Shown here piece by piece: positions 47,587 through 60,430 of a stretch of 64,000 nucleotides of DNA (positions are counted from its first letter, which is position 1; every line of letters starts with the position of its first letter). Origin of the DNA: Setoptus koraiensis (Eukaryota > Animalia > Arthropoda); NCBI GenBank assembly GCA_048013815.1, contig CM106586.1:13392001-13456000 (forward strand). Reading direction: 5' to 3'. A program made the translations under genes and the position numbers. Below the pieces are notes generated by a model, which worked only from the letters and a program-made list of their open reading frames with translations, did not search any database and was not told the origin of the DNA.

Positions 47587-49823
47587 CCAAGTATAAGCTG
47601 GTTGCTGTTTCGCTTGAGTGGTTGCAAATGGCCCCCATGGCAAGCTGGCCGCACGTAGACACGCCATGTATCATGCTAATCTGGGCCGGGCGCAACGCAA
47701 ATCTATCTATCGCCCCTATCTATTGCTAGGCTATGTAATGCGCTCATTAGTGGGTCTCATATGAGCCTCGCTCGCCTGTCATGTTGTTGGCCGTTGTTGT
47801 CCACCGGCGAGCTTGTCTTTGCAACCAGTTACGCAACTAACTGCCGGTTTGCATACTGCCATAGGCTTACCATATTTGCCATAGACGACATTCACTACAG
47901 ATTGTGGCGCCCTCTTACCAGAGCGACCCTTCGCCCAAACTTGGCAATGTTTGCATGTTTGAACACCGAGCTGTGGGGCGAATCGATCGTGAATCGAAAT
48001 ACAAAGACCTATTAATTTATGAGTCTCATCATGATTGCGTTTTAGTTACTGTCCAGCAGCAACTATTGCGTAATCTCAACAACGACAACAGCGCCGTGAT
48101 GTGTGGTGGCCATAATAGTGGCAATATACGTTATGTAATAAAATAAATAATAATAATAATAATATAAAAAAAAACTGGCGCCAGTGTCGCGCAAGCATAT
48201 GACACGACAGCGAGGCGGCATCGTGCGCCAGCGATAATATAATACAACACAACAATATGTGATATAATATATATCACATATTGTGATATATATATATATA
48301 TATATATATGAGCGAGTGCCTGTGTCGCTACTGGCAAATATAATAAAAGTCTGACCGTTATAATAATTGTCGTTCGCTTGATTTAATCATTAGACACTGG
48401 CCCCTCTGGCGGCAAGCGAGCCAAGAGTGAATTAGACAGAGTTAATACAATGCAGGCGCCCTAATGTGGCGCCATTGGCCAAATATAATATCTGGCGATG
48501 CCAGTGTGTCGCTGACTGGCTCGCCTACTGTGTCTGGCTTGTTTGCGTAATCAGAGGGGGGGGGGCGGTTGTTTTTTGGCAGCTCGGCCCACGAGACAAG
48601 CGTGCCCAGAGATGGGGCCAGAGACGCGCAACGAGAGGGACGAGCCAGAGACGGAGATCGATCAGAGAACAATTGGCACTGGGCGCTTGTTTCGCTTTGT
48701 TTTGGCCAGTCCGGTCAGTTTGGCCAGTTTGGCCAGTCTGGTCAGTCTGGCCAGTCTGGCCAGTATGCAACGAATTGCATAAGATTGCATTGTCGGCCAC
48801 CGAGCGCCGCAGACGAAGATATTGCCAAAAGTCATCCATCATGTCCACTTGGCCAGTGCAGTCTTTATTAAGAGCCGGCCAGTGAGCCGGCCACCAGTGT
48901 CCAGCGGCTGGCCACTCGGGCCCCACTAATATCGTCATCATCATCACCGTGCCATTATATTGAATCTGGCGCCCGCCCGCCCGCTCGCCCGCTCGCCTAA
49001 TATTGATTCTGGGCCCCAATTGGCGACTGGCGAGCGGCCCAAACGGCGACGCGAGCCAGTGTGCGGTTGTTGTCTCAGATTTGTTGTTGTCGATATCATC
49101 TGATCCGATCTGATCTCTTTATCCATCCATCTGTGTCCGTGGTGCGTTGTTGTTGTGCCAATTGTCATACGCCACCAAACGAACAAGTGGCGCGAGGCAA
49201 GAGGCGAAAACAACAGAAAAAAGTCGCTAGGTGCAGCACGGCCATACAACCAATGCAACATATAACGCGCTGGCTCGTGGCGCGCACCATGGCGGCTATT
49301 ATTTCATTAATTATCATGATAATCACGCTTGGCCAAGCTAAGTGACTGAGCCGGCTCAGCTGAAACAAATGCCAGCCAATACATGATTGCATTGGATGAT
49401 ATTTGGCCATATATCGCCATTGGCCATATCATAATCAGGCGCTCGCCATAAATATCATACAACAACAACAACAAAAATACATGTACGTATATATTAGGCT
49501 GGCGTGCGTCTGCGACCTGTTTGTAGCGACAAATGGCGACGTACGGCGACTTATGGCGGCGCATAGCGACCTATGGCGACATACAGTGACGCATAGCGAC
49601 CTATGGCGACAACGACAACAAGTAGCCGCGACAGTGCCGCCAACACAATAATAATCACGTAGCGCGTGCCTGATGATTAAATTAGATTAATGCACAGGTG
49701 ACCGTGCGCCACTTGCTGGCTCCGGTTGACAGCAATAACACTAATAACAACAACAAGCAAGAATATGATATAAATAAGGCGGCCACGGGCTCACCTGAGC
49801 TGGCTCGCCCTGGCGCACGGCCA

Positions 49824-49926
49824 CACTGACCGGGCCGCACTGACCGGGCCGCACTGACCGGGCCGCACTGACCGGGCCGCACTGACCGGTCCAGGCTGAC
49901 CGGGCCGCACTGACCGGTCCAGGCTG
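49824..49926 (+). repeat. 14-bp minisatellite CACTGACCGGGCCG, about 7 copies
   Basis: Four exact copies from 49824, then variants. Confidence 0.92.
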
Positions 49927-50954
49927 ACGGGCCACACTGAGCGGGCGGCCCACGCAGCCGGCGACATGGCACGTGAGCCATGTCGCTCGCTAAATGAGCT
50001 CTCGACACTAATAATTTGCGCCCGCTCTCCCGTTACACGCTCACCTGTTTTCACCTGTGTTCACCTGTATGTCGGTTGTTGGTCGGTTGTTGGTCGGCTG
50101 CTCGTGGGCCGCTGTTGGGCGAGTCGCTGGGTATCTAGTGGCAAGTGTCACCCGCTCAGCACTCACAAATTGTCAGCTGTTCGGGCCGGGCCCGCGCGAT
50201 TAATCAATGTTGCGACGGTGCAATTTGATAGCAAACGTGCCATCTGACAGATATTATAATAATGGCTGCGCGCCGACCTTGACTCGCTCCGCTCCAATTA
50301 CCGTGTGTGTCGATTATAACAACAATAACGATATTGAAAACGATAAATCGTGTGTCGACATCCGCTCTTCATACAATGTCACCCGATCATCTGTGCATCA
50401 TCATTCGTTGAATTTTCGCCTTTGAAAACTTGTCTCAAATTTTGTTTTATTTGCAATTTTATCCTTTTGTTTCAGCAACCATTTCGCGCATATCTGGCAT
50501 ATATTTTGTGCATTATGCCACAGCGACACATAGATGGCAAAAAGGGACCAGATTGTCGGTTAGAGATCATCATTGGGCATCATCAATTGCGTTCAATGAG
50601 TCAGCTGACCGGCTGGCCAGCCAGCCAAATCGCCAGCCAGAGCGACACACACGCTACGCTCATGTCAATGTCGCCCCCCGCCCCCCAATTCGCTCAACAG
50701 CGTCTAGACAAACAGCAAACACACAGAGCACAAGCGCCAGACAACTAATTGCATTGCGTAATGGCCATTGTGACCGTTATGCGTTGTGCACTGACCAAAA
50801 CACTTTGTTTGCGCCTCTAGCGGCGGGGCGGCGTGCATTTATTTATAGCGCCAACTATACACACCATTTAGCAGCCTTATGAAGCAGCAAATCTGGCAAG
50901 GCGGCCAGTGTCATTTGTTGTGTCACTGTTATTGTTTTTGTTTTTGTTTGCCGT

Positions 50955-51072
50955 CGCTGTTGTTGTCGTGGTCGTCATCGTTGTTGTCGCTGTTGTTGTT
51001 GTTGTTGTTGTCGCTGTTGTTGTTGTTGTTGTTGTTGTTGCTGCTGATGCTGCTGCTGTTGCTGCTGTTGTC
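50955..51072 (+). repeat. (GTT/GCT)n microsatellite
   Basis: Long GTT-rich trinucleotide run. Confidence 0.9.
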
Positions 51073-53426
51073 TGTATCGACTATCGAGTTTATCGGGTTT
51101 ATTGTCACGTCGCCGCCATGTTTTGGGGCGCCCTTGGCGCCATGTTTTAGTCATCATGGGCAGCGGTCAGCGGTGGCGGGCACTGTTGTGGCCACTTTGC
51201 AAGGCCAAACAAGTGGACGCAACTTTTTAGTTTCTGCTTGCTCAACGGCAACATCAATATAAATTTACATATTTATTGCCAGCGAGCCCCGCTATCTCAG
51301 GCCCACTGGCTCTCTGTTTGAATAGTTTAAATGCTCTAAAAGGTTTAAATGGTTTAAATAGTTTAAATGGCTCAATCAGTTGCGGCCAAACGGCCTGACG
51401 CCCACAATAACATTAACCAGCGCAACCCGTATTACCCCGACTGGCACTGTTGTGGTGCCAGTCGCTGGTCTCAGTTGATCCGCCGCATCACAACATTTGC
51501 GCAAAAAACCCCGTTCTGTACACACCGTTCTGCACAGAATGCCTCATTGTGATATGACCTATTTATCCCCAATCGCATATTTGCCCCAGTATCATACCCG
51601 TATTGTACCCCCGGTATTACAACCGTATTACCCCGTATCGTGCCCAGTAACTTGCTGGCAGTAACTTGCTGGCAGTAACTCGCTGGCAGCAAGTGGCATC
51701 CAGCATCCAGAGCGGGGATAAATCCTGCCCGTGCCGCCATGCTAATATTATGCTGAAATATTCCCGACTGTCGGGAATCCCGACTGTCGGATATTGTGGC
51801 GCGCGACATTGCTCTGGCGTTTGGACGCTAGCCACAGAAAGCTCGGCCGGCTGAAACGCTTACCGCAAACTCGACAGCGCAATTGTTGTTGGCGCCACGA
51901 TTGTTTAATTTGCTCTCTGTTTACTTAGTTGCAATCCGATTCCGACTCTCTGCTGGCACACACACACACACACTCACACACATTACGTAACTTAAGCTAT
52001 AAGTGACAACGCAACTTGCCAACTTTTTCTCCATTAAACCTTGTCCGGCGTGCTTACATAACCTCTGCGGGATATATAGCCGATATAGTGTGCGCCGTTG
52101 TTTGCGCCCACACTGAGGCCACCAACAAAAGCGAGCCACACACTGCAAAGTGTTGTTGTCTGGCTGACAAAATTGTCTTATGCATGCCAGTGCAACAGAC
52201 AATTTTGTCCGCCAATTCGGGGCCCCATCGCTGGCCGACAATTGCGAGATTACTGCGCCTCGGTGTGGGCCAACATTCAAATCTCGGTTGTGGCAACTGT
52301 CGGCGAGCTCGTGCACAGATCGGCGACAGTTGCCACCACGACCAACCGCAACAGCAAATAAAAGCGAAGGCGCCCTCGAAACCCAATAAATTGGGGCCCC
52401 CATCGACAGGGCAACTAAATACAAATGTCCACACAGATATGCGTCTCTGTCCATGCAGCGTCGCCATCCACGCAAGCCTTGCCATCCCCGCCAGCGAGCC
52501 TGTCTGTCGGGCCGGCGAGCGACCGCCAAAACTGCGGTCGCCTCTTTTCTAGGTGAGCTTTTAACAGAGCTATCGCTTTGGCGCCACTCTCACACTGCTG
52601 CGGCTGCCGCTGCCGCTGCTGCTGTTTGATGCGCGCACTTCCGGTTCGTGCACCGCTCTCTAAATGTGTGCCAATGTCACGCGCGCGCGCCGACTGTATA
52701 TCAGCAATTTGCGCTCGCCAATGTTGTGTGCAATATGAAAATAATCGGATGTGTCGTGTGCAAGCCGACCAGATTTAAAGGGGCCCCACTGGCTGGCTGG
52801 CTGGCTGGCGGCTGGCTGGCTGGCGGCTGGCTGGCGATGCAAATTTGGCGCATAACGGGTCGCCGACGGTTGATCAAATGTTTGTGCTCGCAAACGCAAT
52901 TTGTTTGCCTGCTTGTTTGTTTGTGTGTGCACTCAGTGTGAGTGCCACTTGAAGAAAAGCCCCGAATCCGAATCTACCTAAAGTCATCAAATCCACCAAC
53001 AGCGGCTGCCATCACCTGTCCGAGCCAACGGCGAGCCCCATGACACACAGGGGCTCCGTGTGACAGTGGATGGCGTTTTTGTGAGCCAGTCTGGCATGAG
53101 CAGAAACAGATTAGATTAAGTTTGTCGTTTGTAGACTTGGCACGGAAATGGTGCCACAATCGGGCGCGTATAATCACAGCGCTAACATCGGAAGCGCCAG
53201 TGGGGTGCGCGCATCTAGTCACTAGATTCTAGTGAGCTGCTTGCCAAGATTCACACACACAATCACCACAACAGCTAGATGGGCAACAACATTCGTGTTG
53301 TGCCGTATAGTAATAAACTTAAACAAAATACTTATTCATTACTTATTGAGCAAGCTAATACCGAGCAAAATCATACCAAAAGTCGCCATCATGACCTGAC
53401 CAATAGTGCGCAAGCATATCGTTTCC

Positions 53427-54210
53427 GGTCCCTAAACTTTTATTTCTCTGCCCGAGGTTTCTCTACACATGTTTGTGGTGCCCTAGGTGTCGCCTCGAGT
53501 CTTCTTAATCAATCACTGGTGTCACTGGTGTCACTTGCCGGTCCTGTAATGCGACCGGCGAGATTTTGTTCCTGGTTTTTATAATTGACCAAAAATTACT
53601 TCAACCTTCAAAGATATGGAACAATTACTAAATAATTACAGAATTATGGACGACCAATCAGCTTATCTGGATATTCTATCATTACAAACAGAGTTTAATA
53701 TACAACAAGTATGGTCATTTGTGCCTGCCGAAACGAATCAATCGCAAAATTCTCTATATCCCATGCTCGAACCTAATGAAGTTTGTCCAATGTGCCCAAT
53801 CACAGACGAGCTTTGTTCGCCAAAGGCGCGAGCTAGCCCCTCTAACATGGATGTAAAGCATAGTGCTCTCCACTGTCAACAAAAACAGGGGATATCCAGC
53901 AGCGAAAAATTGACAGTTCGTGAGAGACAACTCGAGCTTCAAAGACAAGCAATTGCAGTTGCATGATTACTATTTGACAACTATACGCAATTTAGAAGCA
54001 AAGTGTAACAAACTGAGAAACATTTTAAAGGATCTGGTAGTCACCTCGCCCAAATTCGATAATCAACTTATGGATCAACTTGACAGTTTAGAGTTATGGT
54101 CCCCAAACTTTTATTTCTCTCCCGGAGGTTTCTCTACACATGTTTGTTTGTGGTGCCCTAGGTGTCGCCTCGAGTCTTCTTAATCAATCACTGGTGTCAA
54201 TGGTGTCACT
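53427..54210 (+). repeat. Direct repeat pair of about 110 bp (53427-53535 and 54098-54210)
   Basis: GGTCCCyAAACTTTTATTTCTCT...CCCTAGGTGTCGCCTCGAGTCTTCTTAATCAATCACTGGTGTCA occurs twice, 671 bp apart, with 4 substitutions and one 4-nt indel. Confidence 0.95.
53616..54183 (+). pseudogene. Frameshifted small ORF pair with a C-terminal leucine-zipper (bZIP-like) segment
   Basis: ORF1 (ATG 53616, 116 aa) overlaps a +1 frame reading NSSFKDKQLQLHDYYLTTIRNLEAKCNKLRNILKDL, with Leu every 7 residues (L-7-L-7-L) and I/C/L at a positions. ORF1 has EKLTVRER just before the overlap. Confidence 0.3.
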
Positions 54211-57200
54211 GGTGTCACTGGTGTCACTCGTATCACTCGTGTCACTTATGTCACTTGCGTCATTTATGGTACCACCAATGTCATATTTTCATCATATCGT
54301 ACCATAGATGGGCGATGTTTACGCTGTGGTCGAGCAGATGGCGCAGCAGCTGATTATTTGCGCAACAACTGCGCACAGGTGAGCCGTGCTGCCAATTGCG
54401 TAACTGCGAAGCAAACACAAAAATCAATTGTAACGTCTTCTCGAGGATATATCATAACGAAAGCTGCCTGCCAGAGTTATAACTCTGAATGTTTGTACTC
54501 ACACCGAATCTACCTAAATACGTCACTCGAGTCGTATTTATTTTCACCGAAAACACCCAATTTCGACCTTTTCTAAGGCGGAAAAACCCAAAAATCCTCA
54601 TCTGATGCGAAATTCATTCGCTTGATAATCTCAGGCAAATTGTCTTGTAAACACTGGTATTTTGGTGGACGACCGAACGATGTTTCGTCTTAATTCTGAT
54701 CAGTAACTTACACACTGTAAGACGGCATCTATTAATCGCAACATCCGGGCGCGTGTAGTAGTGCGTCAATGTGGTCGATTGATAATTTTTCCAACGAGCC
54801 TGGCCCCGTTTTTTTCTTCTGATAAATTAGCCAAAATGCCACCTTCTCTCCCACCAAGCTATTGTCTGAATTGCGCCATGGTGGCGGATGAAAATTTTAT
54901 CCTCGATTTCTGCTTGATGCAGAGCAGTGATTCACAACTTGGTCCATGTCAAAATCTAGAGAACAATCCCAAGGCTGGCGCAGACGCCAGACGAGTCGAG
55001 CTGTCACCTCAAAGGGCTTCATTTCGCCTCAATTGATTGGTCTGATCGAGAATGTGATATTTGCAACAAGACAGTCGCTTCCAACTTTGAACAGTTTTTG
55101 ACAGCCTCAATTTCGATCTGGCGCCCCAATTATCAGCGAGCCGCTACCTATGTTGAGTTGTGGCGTGACATGGGCGCAACGATTATGCAAGCAACTGCCA
55201 GCCAGTGTTTACATTTCGCTGTTGGACATTGCGAGCTAGGTGCGTTCCGAGGAGCACGGTTATTATTAGCATGTGACATTGATTCACCTGAGACAATGGT
55301 GAAAAATCACTGCGTGACTTGTCTCGCAATTAGCGTAACCCGATAAATTGTTTGCTGAATTGAGTGCTGTCATCAAGTGGCGATGATTCACTCCATGCCG
55401 AGTTTACCTGTTCGAGGCCCGCAGTTGTTGTGACTGTGACTCAGTCGACAATGCCAATCAACCGAACAAGATGAGTAGATATCAGTAGGCCAATAGCCTG
55501 GCTTGCAATAGGCGAGCAGTTACTGGGGCCCCTGGCGAATTGTTGGGGCGCCACCATGCGGATAGGGGGCATCGTGTGGCATTCACAATTGTTAGTTGAG
55601 TTGGTGGCAGCAGCAGCGGCGGCTTGCGTTGGCAATATTGGCTTGGATCCTCTTGGAGCATGCGCAATCGCAAAACGGTCTCGACAGCGCCTGGGCCACA
55701 AGCGGAGATTGAGAGAGAAAGTTTTGCGAAATGTCTAAACGTCTAGCCACATTTGCAGTTCGCTTTGGCGCCATCGCCAATAATTTAGTGGGCTGCACTT
55801 TTATTGGCCGTGTGTTCATTTGCCAGACATTTTACAAATCTCTAAACATATCGCACCATTTTATTGAACGGCAGCAGCAGCAACAACAACAACAACAACA
55901 ACATTTGTGACATCATCAGTGGTGTATCGTTATCGTGAGACGACAAATATTACGCAATAATTACGCTCGCATTTACATGTATCTATATATATTTGTATAT
56001 TTGAATTATGCATTCATCATTCGTGTTGTGTTTCGCAGCGAAAGCGAGGCCGAGTTTCTAGCTGAGTGAGTCTGGCCGGCTCATCAACTGCAAATAGCGG
56101 CAATAATAGCGTTAGTTTCGAAGCGTCGTCTCGACAAAGCGATGCGTTGTTTATCTCGAGTCATCGATTTGCAGTTGAAGTTAGTTGAACACACACACGA
56201 CACACTGCATATGATGCCGCAATAAAACGCTGATGCCACCATCGACAAACAACATCAATCTTAACTATTTTAGTGACACAGTTACGCAACAGTGGCAAAC
56301 AATTTGTAGTGACACAAAGTGATAGCGCCGATACACTAATTGAACAACGAACGAATTCTCGCAAATCTCGCCTCATTCACATATTATCCGGATAAAGCGC
56401 GCCATTGGCTTCATCACTTTGGCTTACAGTTACAGTTTGGGCCCCAGTTACAGTGACAGTTACAGCCGCAGCTACAGCCGCAGTTTCAGCCGCAGTTTCA
56501 GCCGCAGTTTTGGGCCCAGTGGCGCTGGCAGTAGCAGTTACAGGTGCAGTCATCGTTGCAATCACAGTTGCGTGAGTTAATCGAGGCGCCGCTATTTATA
56601 ATCGCAGCGGCGGCGCAATCGCCATCAGCATCAACCACACACAACTCAACAATTGACGCAACGGAAGACGCAATTGACAATTTGGCCCCGACAATTGGCC
56701 GCATCGTTTGTGGCAAGCGCGTTGCCAGTGGGGCCCCATTACGCAACACGCCACTGAGACTCTTCTGTGAGTCGCATTCTAGAGAGCCGATCAACATGAG
56801 CTCAGGTAAGTTGTTGTTTGCAACTGTCAAACGTTGATGTCGCTAGGCACACAGCCACAGCAGCAGCGGCCTCGGCGGCATCTTGCCAGCAGCATAGTGC
56901 ACAAATCAACTTTGAGGAAGCCGAGTCGTTGTGCCAGTTGTGTGTCACCTGTCCACGACAGAGCGCCCGAGAAGCAACCTGTCAGCGCAGCCCAACGTCG
57001 ACCTACGCGCTGGCTTGTGCTGGTCGCGTGCTCACGCGTACACGCACACCAACAGGCACACGCACACCAACAGGCACGCACAATGGGGCCAGTTCGAGGG
57101 GCCCGAGCCGGATAAAAGGCTCCGATCCGATGCTCGCGAACGCGATTCAATGGCCCGCCGCCGCCGCCAAGGGGTTGAACCGGGTTTGTTTGTGGTGCGC

Positions 57201-57730
57201 GTGCAAAGCAAAGCGCGCACGAGTTTCGGCCAATTGATTTGGCCAACGAGAGAGTGCAAATAACTATTCGTGCCCACTAATTCCGATGTCGCTTCGGTGG
57301 GGCCAACGGACAATATTTGCGGCAGTCGCGACACGACGGCCACCAGAGTGTGCTGGCCAGCGGACAAACTTGCAAATGGCCCACGGACAATGTCCGAATG
57401 TCCGAACGTCCGAATGTCTGAATGTCCGAATGTCTGAATGTGGCTCGCGTTGCATGGGGCCAATTGCGCCAGACACACGAGATGATCTTGCACAAGCTTG
57501 AATTTTGCACCGACATTTCATTGATCTGTCTATTGATACTATCAATTTGATAGTATTGATGGCGCTGGCGGCCGCTCAGTGCAAATGGGCCCAGCCGGCT
57601 AAATCCGCGTCCGCTTGTTTGTGTGCGCCAGCGGGCGACGGGGGCCCGCGCTCGTGGGCGAGTTTGTTTTATACACAGGCAACACAACATTTTTTAATAA
57701 TACGACCCCCTTTGGCCCTTTGTTGATCCG

Positions 57731-57830
57731 TCTCGTTTCGTCTCGTTCGGTCTCGTTCGGTCTCGTTCGGTCTCGTTCGGTCTCGTTCGGTCTCGTTCGG
57801 TCTCGTTCGGTCTCGTTCGGTCTCGTTTGG
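57731..57830 (+). repeat. 10-bp minisatellite TCTCGTTCGG, 8 perfect plus 2 variant copies
   Basis: Exact copies at 57741-57820. Confidence 0.97.
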
Positions 57831-59242
57831 CCTCACTGCAACGCGCCACTGATCCAGTCCCATTACCTGTCCCTCTGAATCGCATCTAATCTGGTCGGTT
57901 ATTTTTTCATCGCAATCGCAATCTCACCGTGCACGGCACTTGTTTCGACGTTTGCCAGATATTGCAAATGAGCCGCTTGTACAAGCCCCACAAGCGGCTA
58001 TATCGTGCCGGCATAAAAATAAAAATATATATAACACGCCATTTATACAAGTTGCGCAATTGCTTGTGCATTTATATGGGATTTAGTGGGTGCGATTTGC
58101 GAGTCGACCGCCTGCAGTGGTCGTTGAATAACACAAACAAAACTCTCGGCTCCCACACGAATCACAAAATGGGTGGGGGCGCCTTTCTAAATGTGTGCGT
58201 GTGTTTGCCAGGGCCCCAAACGCTCGTTCGGCTTAGATCGATCGATAGATGCTTCTCATCTCGTCTGCCGGCTCAATAAACTCGCTTATATATCTATCAT
58301 ATGATTTCTTTATCATGCTGCGCCGTGAATAGCGATTCTTTTGTGCAAACAGCAGATGCTCAATTTGGCAACATTTATCATCATATCGCTCATGTATGCG
58401 AGTACACGGATAATCAAATCGTATCGTATGCTCGCCAATGGCAAGCAGCCAGTTGATTTCTGTGAAAACAGTATCTTGTTCATCTTGTCACGAGGTGCCC
58501 ATATAAACAAACGATGCTCATTGTGCGCCGCTCCATGCCAATCGGTTAATGTTACATGATTGATCCTTCATTGTTTATCGACTTTCCATTAGCGCTAACT
58601 CGACGATGCGAGCATGATTCGAGCATGATTCGAACGTGATTCGAAGCCAATAACGAGCTTATTACCAACAACAAACATACGCACCTCTGGGGGCAACATC
58701 TAAATAACTAAATAATAACTAACAAGGTAAACCTCACGTCCAGGTACAAAAGATTCCAACTGACTATAGCCTAAATCTTCTCTCCTGATCAAGCTGAGCA
58801 AGAAAAAGTATATAAAAACCTCAACTAAAGTCTAGTTTCAGGAATAATCGTAATCATTTTCAAAACTCTATAACCAAATAACTGAATAGTAACCGAATAA
58901 CTGAATAATAACCAAATAACTGAATAATAACCAAATAACTGGCGTCTGGCCAGTTGTTATGATGATTATCTTTCATTACGCTCACTGTTCACTTGTGGCA
59001 CTGTTACAAACAACAACAATCATTTTTTTGCCAATTCAAACTCTTTAACTGACTGCTAACAACAAATTATCCGCTCTCTACAACCTGCATCCACCTCATT
59101 TGTCGTCTAGATTGGTGCCCATCGTGAAACACACACTGCACAGTGTATAAGTGGTGATATTACCTGTATAACTTAACAGTTTAATAGAAAAAATTGACTC
59201 AATTGATTGAATACAATTATCGAGCAGCCAACGCAACTAGAC

Positions 59243-59914
59243 ATGCCTCAATCGCTCAATAACCTCAGGGCAGCCCCAAGACAACAACAACAACAACTAC
59301 CGCAACAACAGCGACAACAACGACAACAGGAACAACAACAATTGCAACAACAACAACGACAACAACGACAACAACAACAACTACAACATCAACAACTACA
59401 ACATCAACAACAACAACAGCAACAACAGCAACAACAGCAACAACAACAACGATCCAGCTATAGTAAAGTGATATTTTCATCATCATTAATAGCGAAGATT
59501 TCTAGAGAATTTATAATCCCATTAGCAATATTATCAATACTCGTAACATTAGCTGCCGCTTCCGGCAACACACTTGACGCCGCTCGCAACAACAGCCTGG
59601 AGCAGCAGCAGCAACAACAATTACATCATCATCTAAGACATCACCGTCACCACAGGCCGTCGTCACACGCCGTCAATGAGCGCCAATTGCGGACAACATC
59701 TCAATTCCAGATAGTGAGTAACTCCATATCGCACGTCCCAACAAACAATGAGTTTGCCAGCAACAACAACGACAACAACAACGACAACAACAAGCAAGCT
59801 TCGGCTGACAAGTCAGCAGCAATGTCCCAAGACGAGACGACGACGACGACGCCCGCCAAGTCAAAGTCAAAAGGACGAAAGTTAAATTATCGCCAGGTCG
59901 CTTCATTAAATCAG
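59243..59914 (+). CDS. Probable first coding exon (224 codons) of an unidentified secreted or membrane protein: polyQ, then a hydrophobic signal-like segment, then His/Asn/Thr-rich sequence
   Basis: ATG at 59243 lies in a frame open 59207-59932. The hydrophobic stretch FIIPLAILSILVTLAAASG is preceded by basic residues. The exon ends at a perfect phase-0 donor CAG|GTGAGT (GT at 59915). An upstream acceptor TTTGTCGTCTAG ends at 59110. Composition resembles the coding low-complexity style of the mAChR. Confidence 0.6.
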
Positions 59915-60329
59915 GTGAGTCGCTTGCTGTGATATCGCTATTAGCGCGTGTGTATGAGCGACCCGTGCCAGTGTGAGCACGAGCAGAGATTTAAATTGAT
60001 TTATCCCTTATCTGATTGCAATTCGCTTCCTCTTACGCGCGCACCCATTCAAATAAACACACACAATAAACATTGTCCGTGTCGACAAACTACCGGTGAA
60101 AGTTTTATAGTTTATATTTATAGCCCGGCCACTACCGGCAGCTGACTTTTAACTGTACAACTGTAGATGTGTGTGTGTGTGTGTGTGTTTGTGGGCACCA
60201 TTAACAGTTACATTTATGTTCTGCTGGATATTTCGGTGGCTCGTCGCTCGGCGAGCCCCTCAGCGAGTCACAGCGAAACAAGTTTATACTATTAGCAACA
60301 ACAAATACAACATTTATTTGTTGTAGTGG

Positions 60330-60430
60330 TGGTTGTTGTCGTTGTTGTTGCCGCTGTCGCTGTTGTTGCTGCTGTTGTTGTTGTTGCTGCTGTTGTTGTT
60401 GCTGTTGTTGCTGCTGTTGCTGTTGTTGCA
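60330..60430 (+). repeat. (GTT/GCT)n microsatellite
   Basis: GTTGTTGCTGCTGTT run in the presumed intron of the 59243 gene. Confidence 0.9.

Noticed and set aside
47761-48015. IFAIDDIHY resembles a helicase motif II or Walker B
   Set aside because: Isolated motif with no Walker A or other helicase motifs nearby.
51471-51809. GVQYGYDTGA resembles the sugar-transporter TM1 motif FGYDTG
   Set aside because: No flanking transmembrane helices or other MFS motifs.
58809-58817. TATATAAAA as the promoter of the 59243 gene
   Set aside because: It lies in AT-rich sequence between a plausible donor (58727) and acceptor (59110), so it is more likely intronic; no clear initiator.
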